Source of the DNA: Kudoa neothunni
Taxonomy: Eukaryota; Animalia; Cnidaria
Length of the DNA stretch: 64,000 nt
Direction: 5' to 3'
Assembly (NCBI GenBank): GCA_964304625.1
Contig: OZ199838.1
Span: 11,059,408 to 11,123,407 of the forward strand
Notes under the pieces: generated by a model
The model's database searches: none
What the model was told of the DNA's origin: nothing
Seen by the model: the letters and a program-made list of their open reading frames with translations, nothing else
Part shown: piece by piece, positions 1-15,189 of the stretch
How the letters are laid out: each line of letters starts with the position of its first letter
How positions within the stretch are numbered: the first letter of the stretch is position 1
Program-made: the position numbers and the translations under genes

Positions 1-782
1 TTCTACGAAAAATATTCCACCAAAGACATCTCCCTCAAAAAGTATATGGAACCGTCTTGTTTTTGCGCCGTCAAATTTCGCAAATTGTTGGGCTCTCTTC
101 ATGTTAGAAATAAGCCTGGCGATACGACCTAGATTGTATAAAGAAACTCTCTTTTTATTTTTAGTAACTATAAAATTTGTTTATTTACTTAAACTGTTTT
201 TCTCTTTACTAAACTTAAGTCTCCCACCACAAAGCATTCATTTAACATGTCAAATTGTTCTAGTATCGCATGTCGTTCCTAGATACGAATAATTTCGCTG
301 GCATTAATATTGAATTTAAAAATTTCTAATTAATTATATTCTTGTTTGATTGATAATTATATTTTACAAATTTAAAGTTTTAATTTCGAAGAATCACAAT
401 TACTTAAATAAAATTAGTATGAATGGCAAAACTAGGATTTAAAGTTGGTAACTAATAATAAATTCAAATATTTATTGATAGATTTACACATCTTAAACTT
501 AGTCTAAAAATTAGTTTTCTTGACTATATATCCAAATTGATGAGGTAAACTTTTCAGTATTCGTACCTTGGAATCGTTTACGTTCAATTGTAGATTAGTA
601 ATTTCGATATTATAATAATGAGGCTTGCGCGTTTTGAACACCAAGAAACATTTTTTAACTGTACTCTGAAGGTTTGTTGCTTAAATTATTGTTAAGCTTA
701 GCTTATTTTAATTATTACTGTAAATCGTTTTTATACGACAGAGATTCATCTCATATGGGGCTCTCATCTCAAAGGTGGAATT
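1..782 (-). CDS. Partial multi-exon gene running off the left edge, possibly with a cyclic-nucleotide-binding-like domain
   Basis: Minus-strand segments bounded by AG/GT translate openly: NSTFEMRAPYEMNLCRIKTIY, TNLQSTVKKCFLVFKTRKPHYYNIEITNLQLN, ERHAILEQFDMLNECFVVGDLSLVKRK and RIARLISNMKRAQQFAKFDGAKTRRFHILFEGDVFGGIFFVE. FVVGDLSLV...LFEGDVFG loosely resembles cNMP-binding motifs. The 5' end is not located. Confidence 0.35.
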
Positions 783-911
783 CTAAAAATGTGACATTGT
801 TATCCTTTAAAATATAACAAAATATTATACGACGTTAAAATGGCTCTGTAAACAAATAAACCTTTATTACAAATTTCAAAAATATTATGGAAATTCTAAG
901 ATTTTTTTTAA

Positions 912-1370
912 TTACAAGATAAAACCCCTGGTGCAGCTTATTAGGTTGTGGAGTTACGGTAGGTTAGACCATCCCCGTGAACGCTGTAAAAACCCCAGGA
1001 TGAGTAGCATCTGCATCCTCGTCGCTTATCTTTCTGCGGTAGTGTGGAAATTATACCCATTAAACATCCTCGTTTCTAGGGGAACTATCACCTCAACCCC
1101 TATCTATACTATAAAAACTTTTGCTCTGCGGAGATTTCATGCTTTTTAATGCATCCCCGACGATTAGAACGCCTAATTCAACCTTCTCTGCTAAATCGAA
1201 CTATAACTGCGGGATGAGATTACATTTGTAGTGCAATCGTACTTTAACAACAGCTCCTATTACGGGATAGAGACATTCGTACGGCAACAATAGACTGATC
1301 AGTAGCGGGAATCGAACCCAGTACCTCCGGGTAATAAGTCCAATCATCACACAACTGGGCAATTCTGGGC
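912..1370 (-). mobile_element. tRNA-derived SINE, copy 1
   Basis: Minus-strand head GCCCAGAATTGCCCAGTTG...GGTTCGATTCC has Pol III A- and B-box-like motifs. The body and 3' end are colinear with the copy at 44252-44746 (shared TTACAAGATnAAACCCCTGG, TGCGGTA.TGTGG, TAAACATCCTCG on the + strand). Confidence 0.7.
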
Positions 1371-1747
1371 TGTAATTAAGCTTCGAGATTAGATAATTAT
1401 CATTCGAGTAATGACCACTTTAAATTTCAACAATCATTTTTAAACGCCGTCACTTCTCTTGGTATTATTTTCATTTAAAAAAATAATCGTGTAAAAAGTA
1501 AATGAAAATAAAAAAGATGACGATTTAAAAGATCCATTAGCATCGTTATCAAAAGGACATAAATTTCTGTACCACGTGTTAAATAATACTGCAATATCTA
1601 CCGTAAAATTAATTTGTGATTAATTCCACGTCATTCTATCTATAAAATAAAACTTATAGTTTAAAACTGATTGATATTTCTAAGAAAATAAACCCTCTTT
1701 AAAATAATAAAGTAAGAATGTGGATTAATGAATCTTATGACAAATAT

Positions 1748-3333
<1,586 letters not shown>

Positions 3334-3509
3334 TTATAATCCCGATTATTATTTAAAATTGAACTCGTTGCTCTACGCTGCTTAATGCGATAAATCAGCG
3401 CACAAACAAACCTTGAGATGAAGAAATTACACTCGATTCGTAGAAAAAGTATACTGACCTGATATATGTTTGGAGCCTAATCCAATATAATGCTTCATAA
3501 GGACAAAAC

Positions 3510-6500
3510 TCAAATAATATCCACCTAACGAGGATTAATAATATATAATCTAATTTTCATAGTCGTTTAACTGATTATTAAACCGTTAATTCTCACCGCG
3601 TTGTTTGTGAAAATTTGCGCATGTTTTCTTTGAATTAACTTCAGATTGTTTGACTCAAGGCCATTTTAATTACTTGATTAATTCAGTTTTGTATATCGAT
3701 TCAATTGGATAATATTTCTGCTAATAATAAAAATAAAAAAGTAAAATATTCGTAATAAGGTAAAAAAATAAAAAATAGATATGTGATTTAATTTAATCTC
3801 CTTGGTGAAGTACAATTTTAAACCACTTCTATGGATATATTCCTTTTTGCGATGAGATATTGTTGTAGATCCTTCATAATTTGATTTTCCTTCAACAGAC
3901 CATCATTTTGATAAGGAGTTGTCGAAGGTTGTATTTCATTCTGAAATCTCTTGAGAAGAGGCTCGAGAGAAGTGGTTATGGAAAATTGGATCGTATGATT
4001 GCCTTTTTCAATGGGGAATAAGTTGGAATCAAAAACGATATCTTCTTGTGAAGCTATCTAATCATACAAATTATTCAATTTATATAACAAAGCACATTAC
4101 ATCCTCGTAGTTGTGAAAACAACTGCCAATCCAAAGAATCGAAACTTTGGAAGTGTTGAGGAGAAGTGATACATTTGTTTTTGTTAGGTTCACATCTAAA
4201 AAGTCATTAAATCGGTAAAAACTACCTCAAAGTTACCCAATGGATTGTGAATTTTGACAAAAAAGCGAGTGAGTTGTTGCCAAGGAACTTTCAGAGAATA
4301 TTCACTAGAATATTCTTTAATGGAGTTATTGTCTCCAATAGATATTTCTATTATAATATATTATACATATACAAATATGGTATGGTATGGTTAACAACCG
4401 TAGTCCAAAGCAACAGGTTGATACATGTTGGAAATATCAAATTCAGATTCATTAGCAGCTAGCCATTGAATGGAAGCATTTGTTGATTGGAAGTTGGAGC
4501 TATAATCTTTGAAAATAATATTTTATTAGACCGCGTTTTGTGGGTTATATTAAACATATTTACTTGAAATTGATTGGGATCTGGTTTGATGTAATGAAGA
4601 ATCGGAAAAAATATTTGAGTCGTCGTGAGGTTGAAAGAATTTGGCCATATTAAGAATAACCACGTTATTGAGAAACATTTCATTCACCAGATTTAGTAAT
4701 TTTGAATAATCTCCCTATATAATGTGGCAAAATATTGATAACAACATTTTTAAATAGAATTAAACAATTAAAATTAAAAATTGTAAAATATAACGATATT
4801 AACTACTATTAAAAACATTCCAATTTACAATAAATGACAAGTTTATGTAAATATTTTCATTCGTATATTTATTTAGCTTTTTTCCTATTTTATTTAAGAT
4901 ATTTTTCAAAGATTCACGACTACCTTAGATTGTAAAATCTAAGCTATTCTCTCGTTCTTTCGAAATGCATTTGTTGTATAAAATAGAAAGTAAAGATGTT
5001 TATCTTGTTCCGTCATTAATTTTCCTGTTAACGTAGTAAGGTAAATGAAACAATTATTTAGATCAGGGGTGCATAAACTGCGGACCGCGGGCCTAATCCG
5101 ACTTTCAGTGAGCTTTTGTGTGGCCCGCGATGAACCTTAATTAACTTCAGATTGATGGTGTACTTTTAAATGAAATGAAAGAATGAAAGAAGCATCCGAC
5201 TATTTGACTTCAGATGGTTTATCTAGATGTTGAATAGATCGAGAACATCTAATGAAGCTACTAAAAAAATTTATTCGAGTTTTTTATTATATGCGAACCA
5301 TTAGAACGAAACATCAAAAAAATCTCTAAATATGCAAAACTATTTATTTATACTAGCAATTTCATCATTCTATATAGAAAAGATTTGTTAATCGAAGTTC
5401 ATGCACCAATTTTAATTAGATTTTATTGAGTGCGTATGGAGAAGAAGAAAATTATAGGGGTATTGGGCGGATTAATGATTTAAAAATTCGTTTGACAATG
5501 CTGACCCGAAGTTTAAGTTTGGTTAAGATAAGATTAATAATTAAAGTACGTCTTATAAACTATTCGAAATCATGAGGTATTTATCTTGTGTGTAAAAATC
5601 AAAATTTTCGAAAATTTTCTATAAGAAAAATAAATAAAACGAAAAATAAACTTTGACACAAAGGATAAACATCCGTTAGTGCTGATAATGAGCACATATT
5701 AATATGCAATTTAAACTGCATTTCACATATGTACAAACATCCATTTTTCTCACCCACGGTATATCTCATATTTAATCCTGATTATTTTTAATTGATATCC
5801 AAGCTAAAATGACTGAAATTCGAAAAAATAGTTCATGATGAGAATAGAAAATTTAACTGCGCCTGGACAGAAAAATATTATTTTATTCAACAGGGAAAGA
5901 ATATTATTTGTTTCCAACGTCATTCGTTATTCAATTTAAAGCATGTAGTAAACTTAGTATTTATGGATTATTTTGAATATTGCGTTTCAAAATTAGTAAA
6001 TATATCCAATGAATGAGGCGCAACTTTAGTTTTAAACTTTCTGGCCCCTGGCCTTGGAAGTTTTCGGTTATAATATGGCCCGAGGATCCAAAAGTTTGTG
6101 CACCATTGCGTTACAATATATTTTAACAACTTTTTGTTAAAATTAAATAGAAATTTTAAGCGGAAAAAATATTACTTTAATTATATCAAGGTATTTTTGT
6201 TGGTTTAGCCGAGGAATGATGATCGAATCGATTCTGGGGAACAAAATTAAAACAATAATGATCAAAAGCATTACTCTAGAGTGGATTGAGGCGAAATTTC
6301 GTAAATATTACTAACTAGAGGAGAAGTAGAAATAGAAAAAACCACCAAAGATTACCATTATCGACTCCAAACTCCATTTCTGACACTTTGAATGTTAGTT
6401 TGTCGGAATAATTATGCAGCCTAAGACAGCACTCACAGTGTAAAGGAGAGCTAAATATAACGATTAATTGATCGACTAATAAATAAAGTTGAAAAACTTT

Positions 6501-9500
6501 GATCTTTTGACAACGAATCTATCCATTAAAAGTTCTAGATATACAGTCACATCCATAGCCACAGTGTGATGGTATCCGAATTGTTGGTTGTCATGAAAAA
6601 TGATAAAGTCTAGGCTGATTTCTGTGTTTATAGGGAACGAAACATTTTTATTATTGAAGGTGTGTTTATGGGAGAGTTTCAAATCAATTTCGCACAGTTC
6701 GGTGGGAGGCACTAGATCGCATAGAGATCTTTTGGGGAAACGGGTTGTCACAAGTTTATCTACGGAATGCAACAAATCAAAAATCACATATGCTGATTAA
6801 TATAGATGGGAAATTTTCGCAAACAAAAAATACGTTCATCAGTCATTCCATTAATAAATATTTGTTTTATGGCATGGTCGGAGGTGTTTTTTAAAAGTAA
6901 TTTCTGACAACAACTAGATCAGAATTACACGCGTCCCGTTTTCTATCATAAATTACACTTCTAGCGCCAGAAAATGAGCACAAATAATTGGGGTGGATTC
7001 GATTCTATTAAGAGTTTCAATCCCACGAATAATCATGGTGTTTTTATTCGGAAACAAATAATGGAATGTAACATTTTCCAATCGGTAATCAAATCCTAAA
7101 ATCACCCAAAATATAACTTTTTACAAAACTGTCACATATCATGATATAACCTGTGATGATGATATCACATTGTTTTTTTATTTCGATCATAAAAGTGAGT
7201 TTTTCAGTGAAATCGGCATCAATTAGAACATCATTTATAGTGGAGGACAAAAAAGCGTCTTTGGATGAAGTTTCCTCAAAAGTAAGTTTCTAAGGTTACC
7301 ATTTTAAACAGTTAATTAACAACTAACAATTAAAAGTTACAATATAATCAATGGATAGAGGACGTTGACAGAAATCGTTAGCAATGGATAACTCAAGTGG
7401 AACTAAGGTGCCAACTTCAGCGGCAATGTCTCTACAAATAGCTAGAACCCAAATGATTTTAATTCGTTTGGAAGTAAACTACGATTTTCAATGGAAGAAT
7501 CATCGTTTTTTCGATGTCTTGTGATAAAAACGTTATCAGTTAACGACGAAAATTTGGATATGTGAATAGGTGATAGCGAGGAAACGAATTTGGAGCAATA
7601 ATGAAATTCCCTAATCAAAAGAAAACATACTTAACATGAGTATACAAATAAATTAAATGAATGAACTATTTTCGTTTGTAAATATAAATTACTTTAAACA
7701 AACAAGATGGAACTCGCTTATAGTGACATGATGTTTTAGTCCAGTTATCCAAAAGTTATTGGTCAAATGGGTTAGAATGGTTGTCGTAATTTCTTTTGGG
7801 AAATTTTTCAAAAGTGTGATTGAAGCGCTAAAAATAGCATAATTGATAAATATAAACTCAAATAGTGAAAAAAAAAGTACCATATGTAATTGAGAAATTT
7901 TTTATTCATTAGCATAAACACGCCAAACATGAAAACCAATTTCATTTGCACGGGTCTAAATTCTACAAAAAAAATCCACAAAAAACCACAACAGCAAAAT
8001 ATACTAAAAGTGATATTTATTTGTGATAGTGAATGGTTGAAATGGTACTGTAAATCTATGCCAAATCTCGGCAATAAAAATTCAAACAGCTTCTTAACTG
8101 TATTGTTCACAGTACTCTTACTAATATAACAAATAAGATCGAATAAAAGACGATTAATCAACCATTTATCTCGATTGGCATAAAAAATGGCAAACAACCT
8201 ATTCAAATAGAAAAAAGTTCGTCTGGTCATTTCCATGTGAATATTATAATCACATAACAACAATAAAACATCGATTTGATAATCCTACAAATCATAAAGA
8301 CCAACTAAACAAACAAAAATACCTTTTCAGGATTGGTATTGTTGAAAGTGTTAGAAATAAATATAGCATCTATTTTATTGCAGATACTTACGAATTTGTC
8401 CTTCAACTAAATTCAAAAAATGTATTTATTAGAATATTGGACAAAATACATTATGTTTGAAGGTGAGTGAGAGATATCTCATCATGTGTTCAAGTAAAAG
8501 TAGAACACAGTCGAATGGAGAGGAAATATAACAGTCACATGCAAAATCCAAATAACTATAGATATATCCAGTTAGTGCTAATTCGATATTAAATTTTGTG
8601 ATTAATTTTGCCAAATCATAGCCATTATTTTTGGCTGTATCACAGATATCCTTATAGGAGCGGTTCAATTCGGGAAATTCAACTTTTATCAACTATATAC
8701 AAATTTCGCACATATTAATTGATTTAATTCAAAAGTACACACGATTAAAATCACCTTATCATTCTCTAACATTTTTAAATAATTGGGATTGATCGGAAGT
8801 TCATCACATGTGTAATAATATAGCGACATGTAAATAGCTTCATAGACGGCGCCAACGGCAACAATATCATCTTCATTTTTGAGATATTTTAATGTGGAAT
8901 TGAAAAAATGAGAACTATCACTATAACACCCAAACATAATGCATAAATCTCCAAGCATTTTCAAATGATAAGCAACAGCAAGACGCTTTCGATTTCTATG
9001 TTAAGTAATCAGTAGCTGCTTTTCGTAAGAATATAACTAACTTATTGAGGGAAGAAGAACTAGAATAGCTTGACAAATACACCACAGGAACATTCAACAA
9101 ATAAATCTCACTAAGCGGCATAGCTTGTAATAACGATATTTTTGATTCCATATCGAAAATAACTGAAACTATAATAGATTTCAAACATTCATCCAGTTCT
9201 CGTTTCAATAACTCATCCATTTCAAATCTATGCGGTATATAAATATATTCAAGTTGAGAATTTACAAATATTTAAATTACTCCGCTGATATGGTATTGTT
9301 TAAGAAACTATAATGAAAATTGCTTTGTGTGTTGTTAGTCAAATAGTTTTTTATTATCTTTGTTAAGGCCTCTTTTATGTCGTCCGACACTTGAGCAGTG
9401 AATATAAAAAGCAGATTGTTTGAGAACGATTTTTCAGTTTGCTTGTCATCGATCGCTCGATACCGAGAAATTATTTCATCCAACTTTGTGTGGATTTCTG

Positions 9501-9846
9501 AGGGAACCGACTCCAAGTTTTGTTCCTCAACAATGTCAATAAAAATAATTCCTAATTTAAGTAGAATATTCCGACTGAATTGTAAACCCGAATTGGCTCT
9601 GAAATTGGTTTGTTTCGAATTAGAAAATCGAAACAATAATGATTGGTCAGAGTTCAAATCGGCCACATTCATAAATCCATCAATCCAACATCGAATACAC
9701 TGATCCTGCTTAGGTTTTTTTGCAGTCACCAAACTTGTGACACTATAGTATGCAGTCCAAGCCTGATCAACCCTATTTTCCATGTCCCTCAAAGATCATA
9801 CAACAGTCGAAAAGTCAAATTCTCACGAATGACGACGAATTTCCAT
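3510..9846 (-). CDS. TRAPPC9: Trafficking protein particle complex subunit 9 (TRS120/NIBP), about 20 exons, 3' end uncertain
   Basis: KMLGDLCIMFGCYSDSSHFFNSTLKYLKNEDDIVAVGAVYEAI matches the TRAPPC9 GDLCLxAG...D.LWLGAALE motif; RRTFFY matches the RKxAFF helix. A continuous chain of short-intron exons spans 9846 to about 3500, with a large intron at about 4720-6230 holding a hAT element. The terminal exon and stop could lie anywhere in about 3380-3680. Confidence 0.75.
5064..6108 (+). mobile_element. Internally deleted hAT element (Buster/SPIN/GTF2IRD2-like) inside a TRAPPC9 intron
   Basis: Imperfect TIRs CAGGGGTGCATAAACT and CAATGGTGCACAAACT (reverse complement), subterminal GGCCCG motifs, and flanks attTAgat/cgtTAcaa of the nnnTAnnn type. 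Transposase N-terminal remnant VHDENRKFNCAWTEKYYFIQQGKNIIC at about 5809-5912. Confidence 0.8.
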
Positions 9847-11731
9847 TAAATTATTCTTATCTATTAATGAAGTATTTTAGTGAGATTTATCTTATGTCGT
9901 TAGTAATTTTATTATTTGTTCTATTTCAGCTATAGTCGGATATCAAAATTACGAATAATTTGAGGTTAATAAATTCTCATCAAATCAGTTAATTTTGATT
10001 TATATTATTAGGTAAATATTACTGACAGTATATGAATTGAAAAGCATATGAAAATATTATTTCCAAAGTAATAAATTTGCTGGAATGTTCATGCACATGT
10101 GCGTACGCATGTTATACGAAACGACATGATTTGATAAATAAAAATGATTTCCACGCTATTATTAACTCATATAAAACATTAAATAATAATTCTCATTTTA
10201 TAGTTGTGATCAATACGACAATCAAAAGTAATATTTAGAGAAAACTATGCGCATGCGTGACGATAAATCTCCCATGTTATGCAAGAAAACAGAAATATAT
10301 ATTTTAACATCATTTTTGGAGTTTTTCATTAAAATGTTAAATTTTTAGTATTGTTCGTTTTTAGTGGCGAAATTATCCTTAAAATCAGAAAAATAGGCTT
10401 TTGTTTTGAAAGATATTTTATCAACGATAGACGATGATGTTATTTGTATGATGTCTCGACCTAATGCTAAAAAATCTAATTTTTAATTGATTTTATTTCA
10501 AAAAGAGAAAGTGTTAAAAACTCATGTTTTAGTTTGTCTTTTCATTCGTATCAAGAAAATTTGAAATATCATTAATAATCGTCTTTAATATTTCTGTATT
10601 TGTTTATGCCAATATTTTGTAATTTGAAAAAGAGACGAAAAGCAAGATTATGGTTTATTTTTAACTTTTTCCGGCGCTTCTAAAGTTTAAATATTTTTAT
10701 AATTTTATCTGTTTGATCAAAAGAAAAATTAAGTATCCCATCATTAATACTGCTTTATAAAACAGATATGCGTACATTGTAACTTGAATTTATCTCATCG
10801 CACAACTTGGATAGACATATTAAAGAATTTAACTCGATTTCAATGGAGAAATCCTAAAGGAAAGTAAAATATTTTAAAATATATTTTAGAAAAATCAATA
10901 ATTCATGTAAAGATTTTTTTATAAATTAAAACAATCAGGTAAGTTTGACATTAATTCATGTTGACTTTACAAAAAACTCTGCTATATATTAGCTTTGGAA
11001 TATTATTGACGACACAATACGCAGTTGTATAAACTACAGACACCTAAGATCCAAGATACTCGAATCTCTTGTTTGTACCCTGTAATATTTTTAATAGTAG
11101 ACGAGCGATAATATGTTAGACTTTTCAGTTTTTAAATAGGAAAGCTATAACTTCCATATAGGGATGTTTTATACTAAAAAATTTAGCGTGTACTACCTAC
11201 CCTTTGTATTTCACAGTGGATTGATTAGGTGCGAAAAACGTAGCACTCTACGATATGTTAGTGGAGAATTTTAATGTTTTTATATTTTTTACGTTTATAT
11301 CATTTTTTTCAATATTAATACAAATATATAATTAAATGTCATCTTTCTTATTAAAATATGGCGTAATTATACAATCATTCAATCATCCATATGCAACACA
11401 ATTTATGCACAAGAGGTCGTTGGAGAACAAAAATGTAGAAATATTTTAGTTATTTCATCCATTTTTTATATTGGTCAAGTATATGTTTAAATATGCATTA
11501 TTTTTTAAAACATCATAGAAACTTTGGATGTGAAAATTTTTAGATCCTTTAATTTCTTGTATATTACAAAATCATCTTTTTGGGGGAGACAATTCGAGGT
11601 TTTGCTACTTCGTATATAAATGGTCTAAATTGTAAAATCTATTTTGTATAATTATATAATCGTAAAATAGATCAATGTCTCGTCAGATCAATTTATAATT
11701 CAATTCGTTGGCAGGTTTTGAAACTCCCTAA

Positions 11732-11750
11732 CCCCCCCCCCCCCCCCCCC
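11732..11750. repeat. C19 homopolymer (G19 on the minus strand)
   Basis: Directly visible pure C run in very AT-rich DNA, about 330 bp upstream of the RBM8A ATG. Confidence 0.95.
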
Positions 11751-12078
11751 AATATTATAATATACGGGGTTTTAAATTGAAATAATCATAAATTATTCCA
11801 CAATATGAATATCAGAATTCTGGCTAATTTTACCGATTTGCGAATTATAAGCTATAAAAGCGATCATTACAATTACTAATTTTTGAGACATTTTGACAAT
11901 GTATTTATCTAGCAACAAACATTTAAATCGTATTATTAATTTTATTCTCTTATTTCTTAACAATTATTAATTTGGTGCAATAAATCTTAATTTTTTTAAT
12001 AAAATTTTAAATTTACTGCTATTGAAACCATTAATGGGTTAATGTTTACTCAACTTCTGTAGATAGTGCGTACGCAAC

Positions 12079-12716
12079 ATGGAGAGCATAGGTCATGAGG
12101 TGGATCATTCTGATAGTATTACTCTAACATGCGATTGTGAAGTTGTAAAAATATTCTAGGTGCATTGAACAAATTAAAAGCATCAGCCACAACACGAAAG
12201 GGTCGTGGATTTCGAAGTAATGACTTATATTGGTTTGGTTTTTTTATTCAGCTTCAATTTCATTCGCAGATATCGAGATTGAGAGTGAAAGTAATTATGA
12301 GGATGTTGAGTCAGCTAATGTGGTTGGACCTGCCAGATGTATGTGCATAGATGTAAAGGTGGGTGTGTTTAAGTGCTAATTCTAGCTGTGGAAGGATGGA
12401 TAATCTTTGTCAGTGGTGTGCACAAAGAAGCCACCGATGAGGATATTCACAATGCCTTTGCTGATTACGGTCCAATTAAAAATCTTCATATGAATATTGA
12501 AAGACGTACTGGTTTTGTGAAAGTGAGTTGATTAGTGAGTGTACCTTGAGCAATAGTCAAACACGTTATATTTAGGGTTATGCGCTGATCGAATATGAAA
12601 GTTATAAGGAAGCAGAAGCGGCCATAAAATCTAAAAATAATACTCAACTTTTGGAACAAACTATTTATGTAGATTGGGCTTTTGGAACCAGTCCGTATAA
12701 GGTGTCCTCCAAATGA
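12079..12716 (+). CDS. RBM8A: RNA-binding protein 8A (Y14), exon junction complex subunit, 5 exons
   Basis: Spliced translation: [13 protein letters not shown]...[67 protein letters not shown]...IYVDWAF. Confidence 0.95.
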
Positions 12717-13639
12717 TAGTTTAAGACAAATCGATTGAACTATTTTGTCAATGATCGTGCATATATCGATGTTTGGATTTATTATTGTTTTTTCAATTGC
12801 GTAACAAATAACTCTAAATTTTTCATGGTTGCGCTTTTTGGACAATTTTACAATAGTAGAATGTAATGTTAACAGTTTGTGCTTCAACATATTTCTTATT
12901 AATGTCGTGGTCGTACTCAGTAAACGATTATTTATTTATTTTTGCAAGAAGTGCGTGACTTGATCGTAGAAAATTCCCACGTCTGTGATATTTTTATCAA
13001 TTCTTGATACTCCCAATGCATTTTTTGTAATAATTTTCCAACTGAGTCCAAATTGAAATGTAGTTGGACTTGTATATAATGTGACTTGCTACATTGTGAT
13101 TTTGAATTTGAACGTCGGTTTTATTAATTTTGGAATTACGGAAGTTCAATTTTATTACTTTTTACGATAATAAATATAGGGAGAAAGTTTAAAATAATTT
13201 TTTAAAGCCCAATAATGTTCTCCTATAGCGAGGTTGCCTCCATAATGTAGCTTTTTGAGGTTGTTTACTTGAAATAACGATATTTCAGAATAGCTAGAAA
13301 AATTTCATTGTTGGTATAACGCATGAACTCGATTTCCGTAAATCTAGAAAAGACACCAGAGAAGGAAAGACACAAAAAGTTAAAAAATGTAACCTTTGCG
13401 GTATTTTATTTCTCTAATGCAAAGATAGGACAAATGCAGTCGAGATTGGATATTGCGTGGTTCGGTATTTCGTATTTTAAGATTTTCATTATGAAAATAA
13501 TTACATTGGAAATTAATTTGAAATAATTATCATTATTTCATTTAATAAATTAGTAATAAACAATAAAAATAAAAAAATATTCTTTCTATGTACCTCCGAC
13601 TCAGTATTGCGTGACGAAAAAATCAATATGACTCGATAT

Positions 13640-15100
13640 TGCGTGATTTTACCCTCAATATATGGAGAAAAAAGTGTGATATTTTCGAGAAAATTAGAAT
13701 AATACGGTATTTAACCTCAATAAAAACAATCGAAGGTGCCATCAAAATTGCGATTAAAAAATTTATCCTTAATGGTATGGTTATTTTTGTTATATCTGAA
13801 CATATATATATATATATATATTCGATGACATTCAATGCTGACAGAATTCCTTCTTATGAAATCAAGCTGAAAAATTCAGATGTTGCTGGAAATAGGAATG
13901 GCATTTAAATAAAGATTCATCAGCACAAGTGAAGAGATTTATCAATGGTTTATCAAAAGTCGCACGAATGATCACATTATTTCTGGAGACTTATTCTTAA
14001 AATGTTTATTATCATTGCGAAAAATAATAAAGTTCAAAATTATAAGGAACGCAAAGGATGTGTAGTGGTGTTTGAAAAAAAAGGAATCATTTTTAAACAT
14101 TTTCATGGTGAAGCTGGGAGCATTATTCTTGCATCTATTAATTAGTGGGTCTATGAAAATAAAAATTTGATTATCACCTATAAGCCAAGAGATATAATAA
14201 ATATTAATGATACCGCTATGTTTTATGAGTAAGTACAGAACAGCAGTTACGTATTAAGGGAAGGAAAGTGACCATTATCAATAATTGGAAAATACTGAAA
14301 TCCTAGGTGCTTCAAGGGGGCTAAAACATACCCTATGAGTGTTGTTCTCCAAAAAATTCCTCGATGAATTTGTCCATATTTTTCAGGCAAAGAACATAAA
14401 AACGCTAATCTTGCTTAGCCAGTGCCCAACACATCCAAAAGAAATCTTTTTTTTTGGCAATATAAAAATTTTTTAACTGAAAAATACAACAGTTATTTTC
14501 CAACAAATCCATCTAAGGGTGATTTCATTGTTTTAAAATTAGAAAAAAAATGTGTACTCATTATATATTATTTGATGATTCATCAAATTCTAAATACACT
14601 TTACTTGATGCAATTTTAACTCCAAATAGCATGGAACTGCATCACAACAAAAATTAATGTGAACATTTCAAAATATCCAATATATATTATAAAAATAAAA
14701 GCTAATGCGAACATTTAAAATTATATCTATTGTGTTAGGACAAGGAGACGGAAAGAGATGATACAAATGATAAAAAGTACCAAATTATAAATTAAAACCA
14801 AACTTTTAAAATTTTTATTATTGATGATAACAAGGAAGATTACCTTTAATGGTGGCATCGTTCATAATTGTGAAGATGAAAATTACAATTTGCATCAACC
14901 ACAAAATCCCAATTCAATGTGAAATAGAATCTGATGATGTAAAAACAAAAGTTTCGATAAAAGATGTTAGATAGGCAGTAAGTATATTAAGAAAAGCATT
15001 TATTCAAGAATCTGCATCTTTAATCTTAGTTCTCACACCGATAATGAATCTAATATTTAAATTATCATCTAAAAAACGACATCAATTGAAAATTATTTCA
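13640..15100 (+). pseudogene. Decayed pogo/Tigger (CENP-B-like) transposase
   Basis: Broken frames give EEIYQWFIKSR (HTH), KHFHGEAGS, YKPRDIININDTAMFY (D-I-x-N-x-DET motif), YTLLDAI...AWNCIT, VSIKDVR*AVSILRK and a terminal PIP-box-like TTSIENYF. Many stops and frameshifts; TIRs not resolved. Confidence 0.7.
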
Positions 15101-15189
15101 TTTGTTTATAAAAATCGACATTTTTGTTCTTTTTGACTTGAAATGCTTTTCTTATATATAAGATAATTAATTATCATTGACCAGAACTA

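Noticed and set aside
1300-1370. tRNA gene candidates here and at about 44670-44746
   Set aside because: A/B boxes are present but there is no convincing cloverleaf, and both continue into a shared body and tail, so they are SINE heads.
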